Source: an uncultured delta proteobacterium (GTDB lineage Bacteria > Myxococcota > B64-G9). Taken from it: a DNA stretch of 64,000 nucleotides. Location: contig CAVWHX010000004.1 in assembly GCA_963754925.1 (NCBI GenBank), positions 704,001-768,000 of the forward strand, given 5' to 3'. Numbering within the stretch: the first letter of the stretch is position 1; each line of letters opens with the position of its first letter. The notes under the pieces were generated by a model. It saw only the letters and a program-made list of their open reading frames with translations, was not told the origin of the DNA and did not search any database. Shown here piece by piece: positions 21,079 to 31,496 of the stretch. The position numbers were made by a program, and so were the translations under genes.

Positions 21079-23658
21079 ATGGACAAAGCCCGCAGGCAAC
21101 ACTTTGTGACCCTCCCCCAGGGAATGCTGGTAGGACTGATTCTGTTTAACTTCGCTTGTATGAGCGGCCAAGTAAGCTCCGGCCCTAGCTCCGGCTCCAC
21201 GTGCTCGGTGTCTACTCCGTCGGCCTGTGCGGCCTGTGCCCAGGGGGCGGTGGCAGCGGGCTGTCTCTGCGGCGGCGCGTACGAGAGTACCGGCTACTGC
21301 TGCGCGGGCGCCTGGCAAGCCGACGCGTGCGGGACGATCTGCACGGCCGAGTTGGACACCGCCTTCTGTACGCGGCTTGGAAAGAACTGCGGTACGGTCA
21401 CGGCAGCGGACAACTGTGGCACGAGCCGGACGGTGACGAGTTGCGGCATGACTTGCCTCAACGACCAGACCTGTGGCGGTGGCGGGACCCCCAACGTTTG
21501 CGGTTCGCCCGGTTCGGGCTTTTTTATTTTTGCGCCGTTGCAACTGGACCACACTTCGGTCCAGGCAGGCCAGACGCTCACAGGCTCGGTCACCTATAAG
21601 AACACTTCCGGCGCTGCCATTGCGATTGACAACATCGTCATCGGCTGCCGGCCGCCGGGGGCGGCACACCTAGGGGGTCCTTATGATGACCTGTCGCCCG
21701 CCAACGGAAGTGCGACGGTGCAACCAGGGGCGACGATTACGCTTACGGCATCGCGCGTGTTCACGAGCGCAGATCCGAGCGGACAATGGTATTGTTTCCC
21801 GACCTACCAGGACTCAAGCGGGGCCTGGCACGACGGCTCGAACGTGGATTTCACCGTGGGTGGCTGCGCGCCGGCTGCGTGTCCTCAAGGCGCAAACTGC
21901 GGCACGATTTCGGATGGCTGCGGCGGAACATTATATTGCGGTAGCGCCTGTCCAACCGGTCAAACCTGCGGAGGCGCCGGCACAGCAAACGTCTGTGGTT
22001 GCGCGGCGGCCACACCAACGTTCTCACCGGCCGCCGGCGCGGTCGTTGACGGAACCACTGTGTCTTGGTCTACAACCACGCCTAGCGCTACCCTGTACTA
22101 TTGCACGGGAGCCGGCTGTACGCCGGCAACGCAAGGTTCTTCGCTCGTTGCTCACCCTGCGGTCACCATTTGCGCTCAGGCGAAGGCAGGCGGCTGCACC
22201 GATTCGAGCATTACGTGTGCGGCATACACGTTGCAGGTCACTTGTTCGCCCGGCACGCCCTCAGCGTGTTCGGTCTGCAGCGAGGGAGCGGTAACCACCG
22301 CGTGTAGCTGCGGCGGCGCGTATGAGAATACCGGCTACTGCTGCGCGGGCGCCTGGCAAGCCGACGCGTGCGGCAACACCTGCACGGCCGAATCGGACAC
22401 TGCTTTCTGTACGCGGCTCGGCAAGAACTGCGGCACGGTCACGGCGGCGGACAACTGCGGCACGAGCCGGACGGTAGCAAGCTGCGGGACGTGCAGCTTA
22501 CCGCAAACCTGCGGCTTTAGCCTGCCTAACGTGTGCGGTGACAACTCAGGCACGGCGACGCGCCCGAGCTACAACACCGGGATTGGTTTCTTCACGCTCA
22601 ACGCCAGACTCTACGATGCGAACGGAGTCGAGTTCATCCCGATGGGCATGGACGCGGCCCACTACGATCAAGCGTGGACTGCCTGCACACCCAATAGCGC
22701 CTGCACCGCGGCCGGCAAGCCTTCGTCATGCTGCACGGGGCCGGGAACAGGGACCTGCAACTGCGGTATCTTCAACTCTGGCGCGAATGCGATGCGGGTG
22801 TTCCAGTACGAAATGCCAGGTAGTACAAGCTGGATGACGACGCTGACGAGCTCGAAGATCGTCAGCATTCCTACGTGCGGCTTCTGCGGTACCAGCGTCC
22901 GCACTACCAATACCGATGACAGCGGCGTGAGCAGCGACTCGGGAACGGTAGGGCAATCGTGTACGCTGACGACGGTAGTCAATCAATGGATCAGTATGGC
23001 CTCGACCCTTAACACCGCGACATTCGCGCCTTACTCGATGATCAACATCGCCAACGAGTGGGGACGCGGTAACACCACGACGTGGCGCGATTCGTACGTT
23101 ACTGCGGTCAAGAGTCTGCGCTCCAACGGGTTCACCCAGACGCTCGTCATCGACGCCGGGGGCAGCGGCACGAGCTTGAGCAGCATCACCAACTATGCAC
23201 AGTACATTTACGACCAGGACCCGCAGCACAACATCCTGTTTTCCTACCACATGTATGGCGCCACACCAACCTCCATGGTTACGACGATGCAGGCCTTGGC
23301 GGCAGCGCAGACCGCGACGGCAGGCGCCTACGGCGGTTTTCCTGTAGCGATCCTGGAGTTCGGCCCTGGAAACGGAGCTGACGGAGCCACCTGTACTCCG
23401 CTCAGTGTGATTCAGGAAGCGGACAGTCTTGGGTTGGGATGGGCCGCATGGGCCTGGGACGACGGAGGCCCCTTCAACATCACGGCGACCGTGGGGTCCG
23501 GAAACTTCTCGTTAACGAACGGTGTCCCGACCAACTGCACGGCTGGCTCGCCATGCACCAGCGCTTCAGACCTGTCTACTTATGGGAACGAAGTGATCCT
23601 GAGTCCCACTTATGGCCTCTTCTACGCGCAGCCGCCGAAGGCGACCGTCTTCCCCTAG
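21079..23658 (+). CDS. Secreted/lipoprotein glycoside hydrolase family 5 (mannanase/cellulase-like) with Cys-rich repeats
   Basis: Leader ending FAC; Cys-rich repeats; TPTFSP Fn3/CHB-like module; GH5 motifs INIANEW (acid/base), FSYHMY, ILEFG (nucleophile), WAAWAW. Confidence 0.8.
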   Translation: MDKARRQHFVTLPQGMLVGLILFNFACMSGQVSSGPSSGSTCSVSTPSACAACAQGAVAAGCLCGGAYESTGYCCAGAWQADACGTICTAELDTAFCTRLGKNCGTVTAADNCGTSRTVTSCGMTCLNDQTCGGGGTPNVCGSPGSGFFIFAPLQLDHTSVQAGQTLTGSVTYKNTSGAAIAIDNIVIGCRPPGAAHLGGPYDDLSPANGSATVQPGATITLTASRVFTSADPSGQWYCFPTYQDSSGAWHDGSNVDFTVGGCAPAACPQGANCGTISDGCGGTLYCGSACPTGQTCGGAGTANVCGCAAATPTFSPAAGAVVDGTTVSWSTTTPSATLYYCTGAGCTPATQGSSLVAHPAVTICAQAKAGGCTDSSITCAAYTLQVTCSPGTPSACSVCSEGAVTTACSCGGAYENTGYCCAGAWQADACGNTCTAESDTAFCTRLGKNCGTVTAADNCGTSRTVASCGTCSLPQTCGFSLPNVCGDNSGTATRPSYNTGIGFFTLNARLYDANGVEFIPMGMDAAHYDQAWTACTPNSACTAAGKPSSCCTGPGTGTCNCGIFNSGANAMRVFQYEMPGSTSWMTTLTSSKIVSIPTCGFCGTSVRTTNTDDSGVSSDSGTVGQSCTLTTVVNQWISMASTLNTATFAPYSMINIANEWGRGNTTTWRDSYVTAVKSLRSNGFTQTLVIDAGGSGTSLSSITNYAQYIYDQDPQHNILFSYHMYGATPTSMVTTMQALAAAQTATAGAYGGFPVAILEFGPGNGADGATCTPLSVIQEADSLGLGWAAWAWDDGGPFNITATVGSGNFSLTNGVPTNCTAGSPCTSASDLSTYGNEVILSPTYGLFYAQPPKATVFP
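21268..22487 (+). repeat. Intragenic ~180-bp direct repeat (21268-21446 and 22309-22487)
   Basis: Near-identical DNA encoding CGGAYExTGYCCAGAWQADACG...NCGTSRTV. Confidence 0.9.
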
Positions 23659-23878
23659 GTAAGATGAATTTTTTCCCCCCCGGTTTCACCAACATTCCTG
23701 AAAATGAATCTTGACAATAACTACGAATAAAGACTTTAGTAAAAACATTGATAGTGGTTTTTGTCGCTATGTTTGTTTTTAATTCAATCGGCTGGAACGT
23801 GAATTCAGCGTACGTCTGAGTTCTAACCCCAGTCATACAAACAATCGATGGGAATTAGAGAAGAAAGGAAACCAAGAG

Positions 23879-25264
23879 ATGACAAAAGTAAATAGTAAAT
23901 TAATAGCGGTGCTAAACAGTATGACCGTTCTTTTGGCAATTTTTTTATTGTTAGGAACTTATGGATGTTCAGGTAGCTCAACAAATAATACGCCTATTGT
24001 TTTTGTTCATGGTTATGCGGGTTCGGCAGATCAGTTCGAGTCACAGGCACTGCGTTTTGCAAGTAATGGTTTCCCCGCAAATTATATGAGCGGTTATGAA
24101 TACGACACTACTTCGGTTACTGGTAATCTAACCACAGGATTCGTAATCCCCCCTGCAATCATATCGGGGCTCGATGCTTATATCGACTCTGTTCTTAAGC
24201 AAACTGGCGCCCACCAGGTTGATCTTTTAGGTCATTCACTGGGCACCGCGGTTTGTCAGGCATATCTCGCTGATTCGACATATGCCGCGAAAGTCGCCCA
24301 CTATGTGAATATTGACGGACAGCAAAGCACAACCCCTCCCGGCGGCGTACCCACTCTGGCTCTATGGGCAGCGCTTTCCGTTCCCGGCACGGTTCGTTCG
24401 ATCGGCGGAGCGACAAATATTACCTTGGCCGATACCACGCATGTTCAGGCGGCAACAAGTGTTGAGTCTTTTGTCGCCATATATAAATTTTTCCAAAATG
24501 ATACGGCGCCTTCTACCACAGATATTTTATCCGGAAAGTCCAATACTATTGAACTAGGAGGCAGAGTAATAACATTCGAGACCAACGCTGTTCCGGCTGG
24601 CTTGAAATTGGATATTTATGAGGTAAATAAAGATACCGGTGTAAGAATTAACAGCACTACTCCGGATTATTCAACATTGATAAATCAAGCCGATGGAAAT
24701 TTTATATTCCCAAATGCAACTGCCGGAACAAACTACGAATTTCATTTAACTTCACCCACGGATACCACGGTTTCCGGTCACTATTACTATGAGCCTTTTA
24801 TTAGAAGCGACTACTTGATTCGTTTAAAATACATCGCGCCCAACCTCCTGGGTTTCATTATTGATCAAAGTGCTAGCCACTCCGACGTTATTGTTATCAG
24901 AAACAAGGAATTCCTTGGCATAAACAGTATGTCTCCCAACGAGGATAGCCTTAAACTCAACGGCACCGAGTTGTGTGCCGGTGTGTTGACAGCAACCGGA
25001 GTTCTCGGTACACCAATAGCACTCTTTATTTTTGACAAAGGATCGGATGGGGTAAGCGATCTTTCTGGGCCTATAAATTCTGGAATTGTGTCAACCCTAC
25101 CCTTTGTAGCCGGGCTGGACTTCTATATGCCCGCCGCCAATCCGCCGGATAGTCCGATCCCTATTGTTCTTAACGGTCGTAATTCAGTAATAACACAAAC
25201 GGTCAACGTCCCCAACTGGCCATCAACGGTAGATATTATCACGGTTCAGTTGATGGACTATTAA
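23879..25264 (+). CDS. Alpha/beta hydrolase (lipase-like) lipoprotein
   Basis: Lipobox-like TYGC; VFVHG oxyanion motif; GHSLG nucleophile elbow; lower GC than flanking genes. Confidence 0.85.
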   Translation: MTKVNSKLIAVLNSMTVLLAIFLLLGTYGCSGSSTNNTPIVFVHGYAGSADQFESQALRFASNGFPANYMSGYEYDTTSVTGNLTTGFVIPPAIISGLDAYIDSVLKQTGAHQVDLLGHSLGTAVCQAYLADSTYAAKVAHYVNIDGQQSTTPPGGVPTLALWAALSVPGTVRSIGGATNITLADTTHVQAATSVESFVAIYKFFQNDTAPSTTDILSGKSNTIELGGRVITFETNAVPAGLKLDIYEVNKDTGVRINSTTPDYSTLINQADGNFIFPNATAGTNYEFHLTSPTDTTVSGHYYYEPFIRSDYLIRLKYIAPNLLGFIIDQSASHSDVIVIRNKEFLGINSMSPNEDSLKLNGTELCAGVLTATGVLGTPIALFIFDKGSDGVSDLSGPINSGIVSTLPFVAGLDFYMPAANPPDSPIPIVLNGRNSVITQTVNVPNWPSTVDIITVQLMDY

Positions 25265-25370
25265 CCTGCCATCCGTAATCCCATCTCCCCGATACTGCGC
25301 ACTCGATTTATTGACCGGGTTGAACTTCGCGCTTTTTGAAAAGAAAGAGCCTTAAGTTACACTAGTTAGG

Positions 25371-27962
25371 ATGATGCAGTTACCGATTGATACTGTTCTT
25401 CCTGATCTCAAACGGGCTCTTCACAAAGGTCCCCATGCGGTGTTGCAGGCTCCTCCGGGGGCCGGTAAAACCACGGGTGTTCCCCTCGCGCTTCTTAATG
25501 AAGAATGGCTAGCCGGTCAACGTATCATCATGCTGGAACCGAGGCGATTGGCGGCACGCCGCGCCGCCCAGCGCATGGCGGATGTGCTTAACGAAGCCGT
25601 CGGTCAAACGGTGGGTTATCGAATTCGCTTTGATAGCCAGGTCGGTTCGCAAACCCGTATCGAGGTGGTCACCGAGGGCATTCTCACCCGCAGAATACAA
25701 AACGACCCGGCTTTGACCGGCGTGGGTCTGGTCGTCTTTGACGAGTTTCACGAACGCAGCATTCACGCCGATCTCGGCCTGGCGTTGTGTTTGGACACCC
25801 AGGAAGTGCTGCGCCCCGACCTGAGAATTTTGGTGATGTCCGCAACCCTACAGAGCGAGCTGGTCGCTGCCCTGTTGAACGAAGCGCCAATAATTACCGG
25901 ACAAGGACAAACGTTTCCGGTCGAAACCAGGTACCTGCCACCGCCATCACCAAAACCAGGCAATGTGTTTTTTTCGATTATCGAACGAAACAGCATAGGC
26001 GCGATCCGTAGGGCTTTGGTCGAAGAACAAGGCAGCATCCTTGTGTTTCTCCCCGGAGAACGTGAGATTCGGCAGGTCGAGCGTTTGCTCAATCAGGCCG
26101 GTCTCGGGCGGGACGTCATAGTAGCACCGCTTTTCGGACGGCTTTCCCGAGAAGCCCAGGACATGGCGATTTTGCCCGCACCGGCAGGTTCGCGCAAGGT
26201 GGTGCTGGCCACTTCTATTGCTGAAACCTCCCTCACCATCGAGGGCGTGAATGTGGTTATTGACTGCGGCTTTTCGCGCGTTGCGCGCTTTGACCCCAAA
26301 AGCGGCATGACCCGTTTGGAGACGGTGCGGGTCTCCCGCGCCTCGGCCGATCAGCGCCGGGGTCGCGCGGGAAGAACCGCGCCGGGATTATGCTACCGCC
26401 TCTGGAGCTCAGAAAGCGAGACCAGCCTTTTGCCGTATAACGAACCGGAGATCCGCAACGCCGACCTGGCGTCTTTGGCACTAGAATTGGCGCTGTGGGG
26501 AGTCAGCGATCCGGGGACTTTGAAATGGCTGGATACTCCGCCGCGTGCCGCCTTCGCCCAGGCACGTTCATTATTGGCCGATCTCCATGCCCTGGATACC
26601 CACAACAAGATTACGCCATTGGGCCGGCGGATGGCGTCGTTCGGTCTTCATCCGAGGCTTACGCATATGTTGATAAGGGCCTGCGCGATAGGGCATGGTC
26701 GGCTGGCTTGTCGGGTAGCCGCCCTGCTGAGTGAACGCGATATCATGCGGCAGCCGGAAGGAGTAAAAAGCGCCGATCTGCGCGTGCGAATCGAAGCACT
26801 GCAGGCAACCGGTACTAAAAACAGAGCATTCGCGGATAGCAACGTGGATCGGAGTGCGGCCCGACGCATCATCGAGCTAGCCGAGCGCTTCGAAAAACAA
26901 CTCGAGCTTTATAAACCACCTTCAAAATCCCCTGCTCATGATAAAACAGTCCGGTTGACAGAGAAGGCTCGTGACGATTATTCGAATGAGCCGGTTGGAA
27001 TCTTACTGGCTTTTGCCTACCCGGACCGCATCGCACAGCGCAGGCCCAAAGAATACGATAGATACGTGCTTTCCGGCGGCCGCGGGGCCCGGCTTTCCGC
27101 GGCCGACCCGCTTACCCGAGAGGAATATCTGGTGGTGGCCGAGCTCGACGGTGATCCCCAGGAGGCGCAGATATTTTTGGCCGCGCCTGTCGACCACGAA
27201 GATCTCGTAACCCATTGTGCCGAACAGATCAGCATCGAAGATTTTTGCGGTTGGGATGATGAAGCCCAGGCCGTGGTTTCCTGGTCTAGGCATCTCTTGG
27301 GTCGCTTGATCGTGCGCGAGCACCAACAAACGAACCCAAGCAACGACATACGGTTACCTGCACTCCTGGAAGGAATCAGAAAAACGGGTCTGGGCCATTT
27401 ACCCTGGAACAAAAAATCACTCGCGCTACGATCACGAATCGCCTTTATCGGCCGGGTAACGCCCAAACCGCATAGCTGGCCGGAGGTGTCCGATTCTGCG
27501 CTGCTCGGCAATCTCGAATGCTGGCTCGCGCCATTTCTTGGCGGCATCACGCGACTTAAAGAGCTTCAGAAAATCGATCTGGTCGGCGCTCTTTTCTCGC
27601 TGCTTTCTCCAGACCAACAACGTAAGCTCAACAGGCTTGCTCCCACCCATCTCCTGGTGCCGAGCGGATCGCGCGTTCCCTTAGACTATGGGAGTGGCGA
27701 TACCCCCGTATTATCGGTACGACTTCAGGAGATGTTTGGCTGCAGCACAACTCCAACGATCGCAGGTCAAACACCAGTCATCGTGCATCTTCTCTCACCC
27801 GCCGGCCATCCCATTCAGGTTACGAGCGACCTAGCGAATTTCTGGGCCACTACCTACCATGGGGTAAAAAAAGAGCTTTGCGGCCGCTACCCCAGGCATT
27901 TTTGGCCTGATAACCCATTGGCAGCTACTCCCACGAAACGGGCCAAACCGAGAAAGAAATAG
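25371..27962 (+). CDS. hrpB: ATP-dependent helicase HrpB
   Basis: APPGAGKTT, DEFHERS, MSAT, QRRGRAGR; HrpB C-terminal LQEMFG and GRYPRHFWP. Confidence 0.95.
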   Translation: MMQLPIDTVLPDLKRALHKGPHAVLQAPPGAGKTTGVPLALLNEEWLAGQRIIMLEPRRLAARRAAQRMADVLNEAVGQTVGYRIRFDSQVGSQTRIEVVTEGILTRRIQNDPALTGVGLVVFDEFHERSIHADLGLALCLDTQEVLRPDLRILVMSATLQSELVAALLNEAPIITGQGQTFPVETRYLPPPSPKPGNVFFSIIERNSIGAIRRALVEEQGSILVFLPGEREIRQVERLLNQAGLGRDVIVAPLFGRLSREAQDMAILPAPAGSRKVVLATSIAETSLTIEGVNVVIDCGFSRVARFDPKSGMTRLETVRVSRASADQRRGRAGRTAPGLCYRLWSSESETSLLPYNEPEIRNADLASLALELALWGVSDPGTLKWLDTPPRAAFAQARSLLADLHALDTHNKITPLGRRMASFGLHPRLTHMLIRACAIGHGRLACRVAALLSERDIMRQPEGVKSADLRVRIEALQATGTKNRAFADSNVDRSAARRIIELAERFEKQLELYKPPSKSPAHDKTVRLTEKARDDYSNEPVGILLAFAYPDRIAQRRPKEYDRYVLSGGRGARLSAADPLTREEYLVVAELDGDPQEAQIFLAAPVDHEDLVTHCAEQISIEDFCGWDDEAQAVVSWSRHLLGRLIVREHQQTNPSNDIRLPALLEGIRKTGLGHLPWNKKSLALRSRIAFIGRVTPKPHSWPEVSDSALLGNLECWLAPFLGGITRLKELQKIDLVGALFSLLSPDQQRKLNRLAPTHLLVPSGSRVPLDYGSGDTPVLSVRLQEMFGCSTTPTIAGQTPVIVHLLSPAGHPIQVTSDLANFWATTYHGVKKELCGRYPRHFWPDNPLAATPTKRAKPRKK

Positions 27963-27988
27963 CCGGTGGTGGGAAAACCTAATAATAC

Positions 27989-29527
27989 TTATTGAACCTC
28001 GACCGGCACCTCGGGAATCGAATCAAGCTCAAGGAATTCTTTTGTCAATGTCTTCATGGCCTCGGGAGACGTCGCCACCAAAATAAAGAAGTAGCCGCGC
28101 TTGGCGCGGGGGACGGTCAGCAACACCGCTTTTTTTCCGGCGATGATATTTTTTGCCTGCCATAAACCCGCCTGAAGATCGGGGTGTCCTTTGAATTGCA
28201 CCGGGAGGCTGTCGAGTTGGCCGGAATTGAGAACCAGCAACACGCTGCGACCCGGATACGTATCAAGCTTCTTGGAGAAGTTGAATTTTTTCGATGGAGG
28301 AAACTTCCAGATCGTCCAGCGCATCATCTGGGACTTAACGGGATCGAGGGTAGCTTCCTCGGCAATCACCATCGAACCGAACATGAAATCGCGGGGTCGC
28401 GGCGGAAAGATCTCGAAGGCAATATCCGCGACCTGCGTGGCGTAATCCATGTCAAACTTGCCAGAGCCGTCGAGCGCAGCCTGTATCACCCGCGTTAGTC
28501 TCAGAGCGAGCTTCTTCTGTTGGTCACCATGCGGCCAATTGAGAACCTCGCGCTGTCCGGAAACATTCAGCCTCTCGACCAGCTCCATGCCCAACGCATC
28601 GAGCAGACCCTCCACCAACCAAAAGGCCTCCGGATTCACGCCGTTTTTCTCCACAAACCGCGCGGTAAAGAGCTGCTTTTGCACAGCCGGAAGGCGCGAA
28701 AGCATTCGCCGAGCAATCTCTCGCACCACCATGGCGACCACGGCTGGACCCGGTACCGTACCTTCCGGTAGCGCCAACACTATCCGGTCACCCACCGAGA
28801 ATGTCTCAATCGGCGCGCCGGCGGGGGTCCATACCAGGGAGAGGGAGAACTCTGCTTTGGTAAGATCCACCCCCAGCCACGTTCTCAAATTCGAAAGCAA
28901 TCGCGGGACCTCGCCTTTGTTGAGAGCCTTGGTGAGCAGGTCGATCTCGCTCTGGTAACCTTTGCGGCCGGCGGCGAGCTCACCCAGCGGCAGCATCAGT
29001 TTAGAGATCAGGGCAGAAACCGTCTCGGCGTCGCCCGGTTCAAGCATCCCGGTGAGCGAAACGATAAGCTCATCTGGGTTATTGGTGTTCATCACCGTAC
29101 CCCAGAACTGCTCCACGACATTTTGCGACCCCGCCGGAAACAGACCCTCCTTGCCGAGCGGCGCATCAAAGGTCGCGTCCGGTTTGGTTTTTGTAACCTT
29201 CTCTTCGATTTTCTGCCTTGTCTGGGCAAAGCGTTTCAGCAACTCGTTGGTGGTTTCATCCAGGCCGAACTTTTCCTCGAAGCCCGTATATACTTGTCGG
29301 GACATCCCCGATCGCCAGAGGCTCAGTTGCTCGGCGAGGTGCAATCCGTCGGCCATTCGGGAATAAGCCACCTGCAGAGGAATAGCCGGGCCGGCCATTG
29401 TCGAGGCGCCACGGGTCACGGTCCCTTTTCTCTCACCAAGGGCGACGGAAGAGTGACCGGCGCCAAAAAGCCCGATCGCAAGAAGCCCGCGTGCGATCCA
29501 CCGCAATGCCTGCCGTGCATCCATCAT
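27989..29527 (-). CDS. Hypothetical exported protein (degenerate gluzincin-like motif)
   Basis: AAGGAGG RBS before ATG 29527; signal-like N-terminus; VVREIARR...WLVEGL. Confidence 0.7.
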   Translation of the reverse strand: MMDARQALRWIARGLLAIGLFGAGHSSVALGERKGTVTRGASTMAGPAIPLQVAYSRMADGLHLAEQLSLWRSGMSRQVYTGFEEKFGLDETTNELLKRFAQTRQKIEEKVTKTKPDATFDAPLGKEGLFPAGSQNVVEQFWGTVMNTNNPDELIVSLTGMLEPGDAETVSALISKLMLPLGELAAGRKGYQSEIDLLTKALNKGEVPRLLSNLRTWLGVDLTKAEFSLSLVWTPAGAPIETFSVGDRIVLALPEGTVPGPAVVAMVVREIARRMLSRLPAVQKQLFTARFVEKNGVNPEAFWLVEGLLDALGMELVERLNVSGQREVLNWPHGDQQKKLALRLTRVIQAALDGSGKFDMDYATQVADIAFEIFPPRPRDFMFGSMVIAEEATLDPVKSQMMRWTIWKFPPSKKFNFSKKLDTYPGRSVLLVLNSGQLDSLPVQFKGHPDLQAGLWQAKNIIAGKKAVLLTVPRAKRGYFFILVATSPEAMKTLTKEFLELDSIPEVPVEVQ

Positions 29528-29964
29528 GTGCCCTCCTTGCTTGTGTGGGTAAGATTGGCCGGTAGTTGCGGCGCAATCACGTAATGATCGCCTTCGCTGA
29601 GTAGCTTGACCATGGATACGCACGGCTCATTCTGGCCACATGAGCCTGCTCGCACTTCAATGGTCACCCCATCTCTTTCACGCGAAATTACGTCGATACT
29701 TTTCAGCGGCACCAGCACATCGGCATGCGCTGCAGGAAAGAATGCCCTGCGTACCTCGTCGCCATCGATAACGTGATTCAAGAATGTCTGTTGTTGAGCA
29801 ATAGCATCTTGAGACTCGCGCGACAAAAACCCGAGCGCCCGGTCCCAATTTTTCTCGGCCAGTGCTTGATAAAATCCGCGATAGACTTCCTCAGGGGAAG
29901 AAACGTCGAGCGGCGTACAGCTCAAGCCCAGCAGGACAGCCAACGCGACCAGGTACCGCATCAT
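29524..29964 (-). CDS. Hypothetical lipoprotein (NTF2-like/DUF4878-like)
   Basis: GGAGG RBS; lipobox LGLSC; SPEEVYRGFYQAL...WDRALGFLS pattern; ATGA overlap with the next gene. Confidence 0.7.
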   Translation of the reverse strand: MMRYLVALAVLLGLSCTPLDVSSPEEVYRGFYQALAEKNWDRALGFLSRESQDAIAQQQTFLNHVIDGDEVRRAFFPAAHADVLVPLKSIDVISRERDGVTIEVRAGSCGQNEPCVSMVKLLSEGDHYVIAPQLPANLTHTSKEGT

Positions 29965-30016
29965 CTCACCTCCAACCCCCTTGGCATGACAACCATTCAC
30001 GTGGTAAGCAACGACG

Positions 30017-31015
30017 ATGATCCACCGTGTCTCACCAAACCAGGTTTTGATCCGTGCGCCGGCTAAAGTCAACTTATTCTTGCACGTCCGCGGCCGCCTT
30101 CCGGACGGATACCATGAGATCGATTCGCTGATGGTGCCCATAGAACTATACGACACTCTTTCCATCGAGACCCGTCCCTTTGGCATAAGCGTGCGTTGCC
30201 CCGGTCATGCCGACCTCGATGGCCGCATGAATCTATGCTACCAGGCCGCAGAGATATATTTGAAAGAGATCGGCTGGCCAATCGGAGTCAACATCGAGAT
30301 AACAAAAAAAATTCCCCTGGCGGCCGGCCTCGGCGGGGGAAGCTCAGACGCCGCCGCCACCCTGCTGGCCCTCCAGTACCTGCTGGATTCTCCCTTACCC
30401 GCCGCACAGGCGCTGCGCCTCGCAAGCCGGCTAGGAGCAGACGTTCCTTTCTTTCTCATGAGATGCCCCTGCCGTGCCCACGGAATCGGTGAGAAACTCA
30501 CCCCGGTACTGGAATTACCAACCATTTGGCTCATCTTGGCCTGTGCGCCCTTTGGGCTGTCCACCCGAATGATATTCCAAGACTTTGATAATTCAAATGA
30601 AATTTCCTCCGGACCGATAAACAACCAGAATCTGCTCGCACCGCAGGAAGGGGCCGGGTCTCCCGGATTGTCGTCGCCCGAAAAGACATTCAAAAATCTA
30701 AAAATAACGTTGACATCTGGTCCTCCCGATGATAGGCATGTGCCCGCTGGTTGGGCATTTAGGCAGCTCGTCTCGCACATTAACAATGATCTGCAACCGA
30801 TCAGCGAGAGAAGACATCCAGAGATTGAGAATATGCGAGACGAGTTGATGAGAGCCGGCGCCGCAGGTGCGTCGATGAGTGGGAGTGGTCCGACGGTTTT
30901 TGGTGTTTTTCGGACACGTGTGGCCGCTTGGAGGGCGCGCCGTTGTCTGAGGGTGAAGGGCTGGAAATACCTAGTGGCAAAAGGTATCACATCTGCTGGG
31001 CGCACCATTGAATGA
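30017..31015 (+). CDS. ispE: 4-diphosphocytidyl-2-C-methyl-D-erythritol kinase
   Basis: APAKVNLFL, GYHEI, PLAAGLGGGSSDAA, GADVPFF, MSGSGPTVF. Confidence 0.95.
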   Translation: MIHRVSPNQVLIRAPAKVNLFLHVRGRLPDGYHEIDSLMVPIELYDTLSIETRPFGISVRCPGHADLDGRMNLCYQAAEIYLKEIGWPIGVNIEITKKIPLAAGLGGGSSDAAATLLALQYLLDSPLPAAQALRLASRLGADVPFFLMRCPCRAHGIGEKLTPVLELPTIWLILACAPFGLSTRMIFQDFDNSNEISSGPINNQNLLAPQEGAGSPGLSSPEKTFKNLKITLTSGPPDDRHVPAGWAFRQLVSHINNDLQPISERRHPEIENMRDELMRAGAAGASMSGSGPTVFGVFRTRVAAWRARRCLRVKGWKYLVAKGITSAGRTIE

Positions 31016-31063
31016 CGCAACAGGAGTCTCGCCGGTGAAGCCGGGAGACAGGGGAGTTCCGCC

Positions 31064-31435
31064 ATGGAGATTACCGAGGTGAGGGTGTTCCCGGTTGACG
31101 AAGATAAGCTCAAAGCCTATGCCACCATCACGTTCGACAATTGCTTCGTCGTCCGAGATTTGAAAGTAATCCAGGGAAACAATGGGTTGTTCGTCGCGAT
31201 GCCCAGCAAAAAGCGTAAGGATGGAACCTTTAAAGATACCGCCCATCCGCTCAACACCGAAACGCGTGAAATGATAGAAGCCAAGGTACTGGCAGAATAT
31301 CGAAAAGAATTAGAGCGTTTGGGTTCGCCACCGCCCCAGGTCGGCAACCGACAACTTGACAAATCCCTCGATGCGGATGGAGACAAGGCCTCGTCAGAGG
31401 GAAAAGCCAACGCAGAAGAGGACGACGGAACCTAA
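31064..31435 (+). CDS. spoVG: Septation regulator SpoVG
   Basis: MEITEVR..LKAYATITFD..GLFVAMPS..FKDTAHP. Confidence 0.93.
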   Translation: MEITEVRVFPVDEDKLKAYATITFDNCFVVRDLKVIQGNNGLFVAMPSKKRKDGTFKDTAHPLNTETREMIEAKVLAEYRKELERLGSPPPQVGNRQLDKSLDADGDKASSEGKANAEEDDGT

Positions 31436-31496
31436 CGCCGTATATATACCATGAAGGTTACGAGAAAAGACAACCCCTCGCGGAGATCCTTATAGT

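Noticed and set aside
30238..31113. 291-aa minus-strand ORF
   Set aside because: Antisense shadow of ispE with no recognisable motifs.
31016..31496. tRNA-Gln often found between ispE and prs
   Set aside because: No cloverleaf or T-loop motif in either gap; only a small hairpin at about 31026-31049.
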